The notes under the pieces were generated by a model. That model was not told the origin of the DNA and ran no database searches. It saw only the letters and a list, made by a program, of their open reading frames with translations. A stretch of DNA of 64,000 bases. Origin: Bacteroidales bacterium (lineage in GTDB: Bacteria > Bacteroidota > Bacteroidia > Bacteroidales > WCHB1-69). Each line of letters opens with the position of its first letter. The first letter of the stretch is position 1. A program made the translations under genes and the position numbers. This document shows positions 18,101 to 25,200 of the stretch, piece after piece. The stretch spans positions 27,794 through 91,793 of the forward strand of contig JAEETJ010000009.1 of the NCBI GenBank assembly GCA_016290295.1, written 5' to 3'.

Positions 18101-18952
18101 GATACCTCCTCCATACAGGTTGCCGTGTTTGTCGTAAGTTGCGGTAAAACCCCAGTTGTCGGCTGATGAACCACTATAGGATGAAAAAATCAGCACGGGG
18201 TCAATAACCAATTCTTTGCTTCTGTCGTAATTTCCCAGTTGAAAGGAAATGGTGTTTTTGCGTAGTACAAATCTGCATTCCACCTCCTGCACTTTGCCGT
18301 TTTTGTCCATCTGATAGGTATAAGGTGCCAACTCTATGGTCTGGCCGATATCCGTATGGATAATCAGATTACCGTTGCTGATACTCAGGTTATTCACACC
18401 TGCATATTCGATTTGGATGTCGTTGGGATTGGCACCGGCAGATAGGTGAAACTCGTATTTCAATTGTTGCTCATGCTGGTATAAGACAAGCTTGATGCCT
18501 TGGTAGAGTTGTTGATATGTTAATTCTTGATATAAAGGTACTTGTGCTACCCATTTGCCTTTTTGCTTGCCTAAAAAATAATTGTGATGATAGCTTTTTT
18601 GTTTGTTGCCTATGACTTCAGTATTGTTCTGGCAACCTTTGAAAATCATCTGATAAGCGGCGGCGTTGATGTGGCCGTCGGCATGCAAAGTAGGATCCAG
18701 TTTGGCTTCGTTAAAGCGTGACAGCTGTGTGGGGTCCAAAAAAACGAAGGTGAGTCGGTCATTTTCGGCAAACAAGGCTCCGCCATTCAGTTTGGCCTTG
18801 TAGAGAACCTGCTGCTCCCATTGCCCTTTGTTGGCGACAAACTCTAAATTCCGTGCCGCCACGGTATCCCGTTTATGGCAATATCCATTTACAATGCAAG
18901 CTATTGTAAGTATGCACAAAAGGAGGGTTTGTCTGAAATAAGAGCACCTCAT
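15182..18952 (-). CDS. Large T9SS-secreted surface protein: beta-propeller-like repeats, PKD-like domain, type-B (gliding-motility-associated) C-terminal domain
   Basis: Signal peptide. DFGDGTTSEE is a PKD-like motif. The C-terminus reads FTPNGDGKNDVLYV...RIYNRWGELIFES...GWDGTFRG...GVYDYYL. Confidence 0.8.
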   Translation of the reverse strand: MRCSYFRQTLLLCILTIACIVNGYCHKRDTVAARNLEFVANKGQWEQQVLYKAKLNGGALFAENDRLTFVFLDPTQLSRFNEAKLDPTLHADGHINAAAYQMIFKGCQNNTEVIGNKQKSYHHNYFLGKQKGKWVAQVPLYQELTYQQLYQGIKLVLYQHEQQLKYEFHLSAGANPNDIQIEYAGVNNLSISNGNLIIHTDIGQTIELAPYTYQMDKNGKVQEVECRFVLRKNTISFQLGNYDRSKELVIDPVLIFSSYSGSSADNWGFTATYDKHGNLYGGGIAFGVGYPTQVGHHYQVDYAGGSCDVAISKFDSTGSQLYYSTYLGGTAAECPHSMFVNENDELYVFGTTGSYTFPTTAQAYDNSFNGGVPVNVNNSVQFPNGTDIFITKFSADGDSLLASTFIGGSSNDGLNTGSPLRKNYADESRGEIIVDEQSNVYVVSCTYSTDFPVTAGSFQTQNNGNKDGVVLKMDQSLSHLIWSSYIGGVGDEACYSMDLASDNSIYLCGGTNTADLPVSATAVQGTYGGGICDGFVAHISENGDQLLHCTYIGKGDYDQSYLLKLNRNNHPYIFGQTKAAGNSWMQNTLYGQAGGGQFITHFTPTLDSIIWSTAYGVGGGSGPDISPTALLVDLCNTVYMSGWGSHQLNGFGGTQGLPITPDAHQVTTDGSDYYFICLREDGNTPVYATFFGSPHSREHVDGGTSRFDKKGKIYQAICAGCGGDDNFPTTPGAWSEVNGSTNCNLGVVKMDFNLPLIIADFVAPSIVCYPDTVFFVNNSQTHSQWTQFHWDFGDGTTSEERTPWHQYTQGGIYQVTLTISDNSSCNILDSISKNILVLTGSSQTLAPKGICNGEFVQIGIAPSGGTDIQYHWTPENTLSNPQISNPIATPTTTTTYQLIISTPFCSDTLYQSVNVENLQISPISDTTLCLGSNIDLQFNVTSGSPTHIVWSLHPDYSNPFSENQQQINVSPTEDTHYYLKVEGLLCTIEKDITVHISAVNIEETQPARICFEDSIQLMIHATGGNNLQYQWQPLDGIGSGSNSNSPWIHPAYSITYTVTVTNEYGCTATASIPVTKRIGTFAEGLEAWCSECSIIANTVTQLQSTSYSGNYSYQWTPTTGLSNPNNSETNATPLETTTYTVTVTDEYGCTLSKKVTIEVLPLECDEPLVFVPNTFTPNGDGKNDVLYVRSSILKEFTLRIYNRWGELIFESSSLDKGWDGTFRGMHCEQGVYDYYLKGTCINDETIIKKGNISLIY

Positions 18953-18970
18953 TTAGGATTATTTAAAGTG

Positions 18971-18978
18971 CAAATATA
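18971..18978 (-). promoter_or_regulatory. Bacteroidota -7 box for the T9SS cargo cluster
   Basis: Reverse complement TATATTTG, 19 nt upstream of start 18952. Confidence 0.45.
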
Positions 18979-19009
18979 CAAAAATCTATTGAATCAATAA
19001 AATATATTG

Positions 19010-19017
19010 TATTTTTG
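19010..19017 (+). promoter_or_regulatory. Bacteroidota -7 box
   Basis: TATTTTTG, 50 nt before ATG 19067. Confidence 0.45.
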
Positions 19018-19066
19018 CAGTTGGAAAAATAAATGGATGATTGTGTATGTCTGAACCATTTTTGCT

Positions 19067-19648
19067 ATGACTACTGCCGACACTTTTTTTGATGTTAAAC
19101 CTACGGAATTCTCGCTGACTGCTGGCCGAATCCTGATATCGGTACCGTTTTACAACGATCCGTTCTTCAATAGAACGGTGGTGCTGCTGACGGATTATGA
19201 CGAAAAGTCATGTGCGGGGCTGGTGCTCAACAAGTCGTCAAAATTGTCGGTGCGAAAGGTGATTAGTGAAATTAAGGTGGATGACAAATTGCACATTGGC
19301 GGACCCGTGATGCCTGATGGTATCTTCTGTATTCATAATTTTGAAAATTCCAAGGCGGCCTCTAAGCTGCTGCCTGGCATATATGTCGGCTCGGATGAGG
19401 TGCTGATATCGCTGATAGAGCACAAGGCTATTCCAACCATGAAATACCGCTTCTTTGTAGGATATTCTGGCTGGTCTCCAGGACAGTTGGAGGGAGAACT
19501 GAACAAGAATATGTGGGTGATTGGTGCTGCTACCCCCGAGTTGGTCTTCGACACGCCGATTTCTAAAATCTGGGAGACTGCAGTGCGTAATCTTGGCGAT
19601 GACTACCTCCACTGGCTGAAACTCCCCAAAGTCATTGCTAGTAATTAG
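19067..19648 (+). CDS. YqgE/AlgH family (UPF0301) protein
   Basis: GRILISVPFYNDPFFNRTVVLLTDYDEKSCAGLVLNK...GGPV...FVGYSGWSPGQLEGEL. Confidence 0.8.
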   Translation: MTTADTFFDVKPTEFSLTAGRILISVPFYNDPFFNRTVVLLTDYDEKSCAGLVLNKSSKLSVRKVISEIKVDDKLHIGGPVMPDGIFCIHNFENSKAASKLLPGIYVGSDEVLISLIEHKAIPTMKYRFFVGYSGWSPGQLEGELNKNMWVIGAATPELVFDTPISKIWETAVRNLGDDYLHWLKLPKVIASN

Positions 19649-19706
19649 GTGGTAGGTGGTAGGTGGTAGGTAGTAGGTAGTAGGTAGTAGGTAGTAGGTA
19701 GTAGGG
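19646..19706. repeat. 7-bp array TAGGTGG x3 plus TAGGTAG x5 plus a degenerate unit; the first TAG is the stop codon of the YqgE-like gene
   Basis: Read directly. Confidence 0.9.
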
Positions 19707-19747
19707 ATTTTTGTAGGTCTGTCATATCATGGCAGCCGGAGAGGATA

Positions 19748-19803
19748 TAGGTTACAGGTAGTAGGTAGTAGGTAGTAGGTAGTAGGGGATAGGAATTAGG
19801 GAA
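19748..19803. repeat. Second TAGGTAG-type 7-bp array (8 units, degenerate at the ends)
   Basis: TAGGTTA CAGGTAG TAGGTAG x3 TAGGGGA TAGGAAT TAGGGAA. Confidence 0.8.
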
Positions 19804-19811
19804 TTGTGTTT

Positions 19812-19846
19812 AGTTTTCAGTTTTCAGTTTTCCGTTTTCCGTTTTC
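19812..19846. repeat. 7-bp array AGTTTTC x3 plus CGTTTTC x2; encodes the C-terminal ENGKRKTEN and the stop of the radical SAM gene on the minus strand
   Basis: Read directly. Confidence 0.85.
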
Positions 19847-20734
19847 AATTTTTTTCCGTATTTTCTGCAAAATGATGTCGTATCGTTGTAGCTTCCAGGG
19901 GCTGGTACTCAGGTATTTGGGTGGTACTTCGGAGGCAAAGCGCTCTATCACAATGTCTTTGCGCAAACGCTTGACTGTCTCCACCATGAGGTCGATATAT
20001 TCGTCCATGCTGAAGCGGTAGAAATCTTCGGGATGCTCCTGAAACTCTTGCTCCATAGCCGTTCCTTTGATGATTTGCAGCTGGTGGAATTTGATGCTGT
20101 TGAGGGGCATTTGGTTGATGAGTGGAATGCCGTTCAGCCAGTCTTCTGGGGTTTCTCCAGGCAAACCGATGATAAAATGTGCACCGGTGTGAATGCCTCG
20201 TGAAGCGGTTTGTGCTACGGCCCGTTGTGCGGTGGCGAAGTCATGGCCGCGGTTGATGCGTCGCAGAGTACGGTCATAGCAGCTTTCAATGCCGTATTCA
20301 ATGCTGATGAAGGCTTGTTGTTTTAGACTGGCAATATAGTTCAGTTTTTCCTCGTCAACGCAGTCGGGGCGGGTGCCAATGATGAGCCCTTTTATTTTTG
20401 GGTGTGACAGGGCTGTCTCATATAATTTCTGTAGTTGTGCTAAAGGTGCATGGGTGTTTGAAAACGCTTGGAAATAAGCTAAATATCCTTGGCTTTCACG
20501 GCCTCGCTGCCGATGGAATTCAATGCCGTCGTTAATCTGTTGGAGGATATCTTTTTCGGATGAACAGTAGCGTGGCACGAAGGCGTTGTTGAGACAGTAG
20601 GTGCAGCCGCCAATACATACAGTACCGTCACGGTTGGGACAGCTGAATCCCGCGTCAATTGGCAGTTTCAGCACAGGTTCGCCGAAACGGTCAATGAGGA
20701 ATTGTTTGTAAGTATAGTAGTGGTCTGACATCAT
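19817..20734 (-). CDS. TIGR01212-family radical SAM protein
   Basis: DAGFSCPNRDGTVCIGGCTYC. I prefer the start MMSDHYYTYKQF (ATG at 20734), which lies 33 nt downstream of a -7 box. The last 9 codons and the stop lie in a 7-bp repeat array. Confidence 0.8.
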   Translation of the reverse strand: MMSDHYYTYKQFLIDRFGEPVLKLPIDAGFSCPNRDGTVCIGGCTYCLNNAFVPRYCSSEKDILQQINDGIEFHRQRGRESQGYLAYFQAFSNTHAPLAQLQKLYETALSHPKIKGLIIGTRPDCVDEEKLNYIASLKQQAFISIEYGIESCYDRTLRRINRGHDFATAQRAVAQTASRGIHTGAHFIIGLPGETPEDWLNGIPLINQMPLNSIKFHQLQIIKGTAMEQEFQEHPEDFYRFSMDEYIDLMVETVKRLRKDIVIERFASEVPPKYLSTSPWKLQRYDIILQKIRKKIENGKRKTEN

Positions 20735-20766
20735 GAAAGGTGTTAATGAACACAATAATTTTATGG

Positions 20767-20774
20767 CAAAAATA
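20767..20774 (-). promoter_or_regulatory. Bacteroidota -7 box
   Basis: Reverse complement TATTTTTG, 33 nt upstream of ATG 20734. This supports the shorter start. Confidence 0.45.
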
Positions 20775-20852
20775 CGGAAAAAATAAATTCGTTGAAATCG
20801 CATTTGCCACATTCGCTGCATACCCTCACACGGGACGACGAATTAACATGTG

Positions 20853-20887
20853 GCATAGCTACATTCGCCGCATAGCATGAATGACGT
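20853..20887. repeat. Left flank palindromic/inverted-repeat segment of the Y1 transposase gene
   Basis: GCATAGC at 20853 and CCGCATAGCATGAATGA at 20868. The reverse complement of this motif recurs at 21526..21545. Confidence 0.5.
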
Positions 20888-21006
20888 AGCCCCACACCAT
20901 TTTGTCCCAGGGAAAAATCCATTGTCGATTTGATTTTTATTTATTGAACAATAATTTGTATAATATATCGTTATAAATTTAATATTAATCAAAAAAAATA
21001 AACACT

Positions 21007-21489
21007 ATGAAAGAAAATAAGACAACACCAAACACCTTTGCTCGCATATATATTCATACGGTATTTACTGTGAAAAACAGAGACTCATTAATATCTGATT
21101 TATGGCGTGATAGATTATATTCGTACATGAGCTCAATTATTTCCAATAATGGTAATAATGTTATAGCTATAGGTGGAATGCCGGATCATTTGCATATTTT
21201 GCTTAGCATGCATAACACCACAATACCATTGTCAGATTTGATGCGTTTGGTCAAGGGTGATAGCTCCCGATGGATTAACGAAAATAAATTGTCTGTACGT
21301 AGATTTGGTTGGCAACCAGGGTATGGCGCATTTTCTTGTGGACCTAAAGATATTGATGTTATTGCGAATTATATCAGAAATCAGGAGAAACATCATGCCA
21401 ACAAAAAATTTGTTGACGAATATAAACAATTGTTGATTCGAGAGGGTGTGAAATTTGATGAAAAATTTATTTTCTATTCGATTGAATAA
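21007..21489 (+). CDS. IS200/IS605-type Y1 (HUH) transposase-like protein, RAYT-like
   Basis: ARIYIHTVFTVKNR, HUH motif MPDHLHILLS, WQPGYGAFS, NQEKHH. The gene is flanked by inverted CCGCATAGC / GCTATGCGG copies and by GC hairpins. Confidence 0.75.
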   Translation: MKENKTTPNTFARIYIHTVFTVKNRDSLISDLWRDRLYSYMSSIISNNGNNVIAIGGMPDHLHILLSMHNTTIPLSDLMRLVKGDSSRWINENKLSVRRFGWQPGYGAFSCGPKDIDVIANYIRNQEKHHANKKFVDEYKQLLIREGVKFDEKFIFYSIE

Positions 21490-21494
21490 TGGTG

Positions 21495-21573
21495 GCGTAC
21501 CTACGGCACGCTGTAATATCCCACATATCATCGTTTGCTATGCGGGGGTTGCGGTTTTGCCGCAGGAATGCGG
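21495..21573. repeat. Right flank hairpins and inverted repeat of the Y1 transposase gene
   Basis: GCGTACCTACGGCACGC hairpin (21495..21511), GCTATGCGG (21537..21545) and CCGCA-GGAA-TGCGG hairpin (21560..21573). Confidence 0.5.
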
Positions 21574-21591
21574 GATTGTTGTTTGTGTCCG

Positions 21592-22185
21592 TTATTTATG
21601 GGTGATTTTCCCTAACATTTCCCACAATAATTTGGTGGGGAGGCCCATCACGTTGTAGAACGAACCATCGATGGCTTCGATGCCGATATAGCCGATCCAT
21701 TCCTGCACGCCGTAGGCACCGGCCTTGTCAAAAGGCTTGTATTGCTGCACGTAATGGTTGATTTCTTCGTCGCTGAGCTGGCTGAAACGGACCTCGGTTT
21801 TGCGATGCGAGGTAATGCTGCGCTTCGGTGTGGCCACCGTCAAACCACTGATGACCGTGTGAGTCTTGCCCGACAATTCCTGCAACATAGCTACTGCATC
21901 AGCTTCATCTTTCGGCTTCTCCAAGATTTCATGACCTAACACCACAATGGTGTCGCAGGCAATGAAAATCGTGTTAGAGGCATAATCGCTCATTTTTATA
22001 GGAGACAGCTTGAGCTTCGACAGGTATTCCGCCACCTCCACAGGATTGTCGGTGTCAGGGTGCTTCTCAACCACATTGGTGGGCAGGTACTCGAAGTTAA
22101 TGCCCATGCCCGCCAGCAGTTCGTGCCGGCGGGGCGATTTCGAGCAGAGATATACTTTATATTTCTTCAGTTCGTCTAATAACAT
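21592..22185 (-). CDS. maf: Maf-like nucleoside triphosphate pyrophosphatase
   Basis: YLCSKSPRRHELL...IACDTIV...GKP...H.V.SG...KAGAYGVQE. Confidence 0.85.
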   Translation of the reverse strand: MLLDELKKYKVYLCSKSPRRHELLAGMGINFEYLPTNVVEKHPDTDNPVEVAEYLSKLKLSPIKMSDYASNTIFIACDTIVVLGHEILEKPKDEADAVAMLQELSGKTHTVISGLTVATPKRSITSHRKTEVRFSQLSDEEINHYVQQYKPFDKAGAYGVQEWIGYIGIEAIDGSFYNVMGLPTKLLWEMLGKITHK

Positions 22186-22217
22186 AATAGCATTACAGCT
22201 GTTTTATAGCCATAATA

Positions 22218-25200
22218 TTACAGCCATTTTACAAGATTGAAGTCCATATCGTGCGGCAACATCGGGTTGGCGGGGATGATACGGATGGAGTAGTCCATCA
22301 TGCCTGCGTCCTTGGGTTCAATCGTACACGTGAAAGTGGCGATACCATGCTGATTGTCAGTGCATTCGAATGGTACCTTCTGATAAAATACCCGTTTGTC
22401 GTTTTCGAGTTTGGAGCATACCAACTCTACTTTCAGGTCTTCAGCATGCAATGAACCCATTCTCAGTCGTACAGTGGTGACAATCTTGTCGCCCAAGGTG
22501 AAACTTGCCTCTCTTGGCTCCGACTGTGTGGCTTCTATCACTTCAATGCCATCCCAGCCAGTGATGACCTTCTCTTTCCATCTTACCAAATTGAAAGTGT
22601 TTTCTAAATTATTATCTGTTAATAATTTATGCTGTTTTTCCAATTTGTGGTAGTATTTTTCGTAATAGTCATCCAGCTGGCGTTTCATGGTGAAATGCGG
22701 AGAAATCTTATAGAAGCAGTTCTTCATCATTTTCACCCAGTCGTATGGAATATTCTTTTCATCACGGCGATAGAAGCAAGGCGCAATCTGGTCTTCAATC
22801 ATCGAATAGATGGTGGTAGCGTCCAATTGGTCTTGCAGGCCGTTGTCGGTATAGGTAATCTGTTCGTTGATAGCCCAGCCGGCGCCTTCTTTGTATCCTT
22901 CTGCCCACCAGCCATCGAGTACGCTGAAGTTGAGCACACCGTTCATAATGGCCTTTTCGCCGCTGGTGCCAGATGCTTCCAGGGGACGAGTCGGGGTATT
23001 CAACCAGACATCGCAGCCAGAGATGAGTTTCTTGGCCAGAATGATGTCGTAGTTTTCCAGGATGATGATTTTGCCGATGAAATCGGGCTTACGTGAGAAT
23101 TCCAAGATGCGCTTAATGAGGTCCTGACCGGCTTTGTCGTGCGGGTGCGCTTTGCCAGCGAAAACAAACTGGACGGGCTGCTCAGGGTTGTTGAGCAGTC
23201 TTCTCAGTCGCTCCTCGTTGGTGAAGAGCAGGTGGGCACGCTTGTAGGTGGCGAAACGACGGGCGAAACCTATGGTCAGGGCATCTTTGCGGATGGCCTT
23301 CAAGGTATTCATTATCAGGTCAGGCGACTCGTTGCGGCGGCGCATCTGTGTTTCTAACGATACCTTGATATTGTCTATCAGTTCTTCACGGAGATCGTCT
23401 TTGATTTTCCAGATTTCAGCATCATCAACCTCATAAATTTTCTTCCAGATCTGGTCGTTAGATTGGTCTTTAATAAACTGGTTATTAAATAATTGCTTGT
23501 GGAATAACTGCCATTTTTTGTGGGCCCATGTAGGATAATGTACACCATTGGTAACATGACCGATGTGCAGTTCTTCGGGCAGATGGCCTTCGTACAGGAA
23601 GCTGAACATCTCGCGGCTGACACGGCCGTGGATGGCGCTCACACCATTGACTTCCTGTGACAGCTTGCAGGCTAAAATGCTCATGGAGAACTTGCTATAG
23701 ATATCGTCAATGTTCTTGCGTCCCAAGCACATGAAGGCTGGCCAGTCGATGTTGCATTTTTCTGCGTAATAGGAAAAGTAGCGGCGCATCAGGTCTTCGC
23801 TGAAGCTGTCGTGGCCAGCGGGAACTGGTGTGTGCGTGGTGAACAAGGAGGAGCAACGAACTAATTCGATGGCTGTGCCGAAAGGTATCTGCTCTTCTTG
23901 CATGAAGGTGCGCAGACGTTCCAGGTTCAGGAAGGCCGCATGACCTTCGTTCAAATGGAAAATGGTGGGACGGATATTGAGTTTCTCCAGCACTCTCATA
24001 CCGCCGATGCCTAAGAGAATCTCTTGTTTGAGACGGTTCTCAACATCGCCGCCATAGAGGGAGTTGGTTGTTCTTCTGTCTTCTTCAGTATTGTCGTTGA
24101 AATCTGTATCTAAGAGGAACAAGGGCACACGACCAACATCCACACGCCAAATACGGGCATATAGCATTCTGCCCGGAAGTGCCAAGCTGATGGTAATCCA
24201 TTTGCCATCCTCGTCTTTGTATGGTTGGATGGGCAGTTTGGAGAAGCTCTGCGGCGGATACAAATTGATCTGGTCACCGATGGAGGATATCTGCTGGGTG
24301 AAGTAGCCGTAGCGGTACAGCAAGCCGATACCGACCATGTTGACATTGCAGTCGCTGGCCTCTTTGAGGTAATCGCCGGCCAACATGCCCAAACCGCCAG
24401 AGAAAATCTTGAGTTCGTTGCTGATACCAAATTCCATGCTGAAATAAGCCACCTGCTCCTCTTGGCGAGTGCGAGGCTCGTTCATATAGCGTTCAAAATC
24501 AGCATAAACGAAGTCCAATTTGGCGAGGTAGTCGCTGTCGTTCATCAGCTTTTCGATGCAGCTGTATGGCAATTCCTGCAGCAGATATACGGGGTTTTCT
24601 TCGTATTGCTGCCAGCGTTCTTTGCCAGCGGCTTCCTCGAACAGCTCGCGGGCTTCATAATTCCAGCTCCACCAGAGGTTCTGTGACAGTTTTTCCAGTT
24701 TCTTGAGCTGTTCCGGCAGTTTTGACTTGACGGAAATATGATGCCAAACTGGTTCGGGTTTCTGGAATTTCTCAACCAAAAGTCCCACTTTTGAGGTCTT
24801 GTTCCGGTATAAATCCGAACGGTCAAAGCTCTTGGAAAGAGCAATGTTATAGCAGTCTAAATAATTGTTATACAGATTTTCCCATAATGCTTGTTGGGCG
24901 ATTTCGGTGGCTTTGGCACGGTTCTGTTCGGTTTCCTCGTTGTTGCAAGCAGTATGGTATAAAATGGCTTTGGCGATGCCATCGGTTACCTGTTCGTCGT
25001 TGTTATCGGTACGATGAATGACCGTTACGGCCTTCTGACCGGGGAAGTTGGCGGCAGCCCACTGGCCGAAACCGGCGTTGGTGGTAGTGATGGTGGGAAT
25101 ACCGAAGGCCACGCTTTCTAGTGGTGTATAACCCCATGGTTCATAGTATGATGGGAATACAGACAGGTCGATACCCGGAAGCATCTCGTAGTAGGTCATG

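Noticed and set aside
19646-19846. Possible CRISPR array, considered for this and the other short repeat arrays.
   Set aside because: The units are 7 bp and directly tandem with no spacers, and no cas genes are present. This is not CRISPR architecture.
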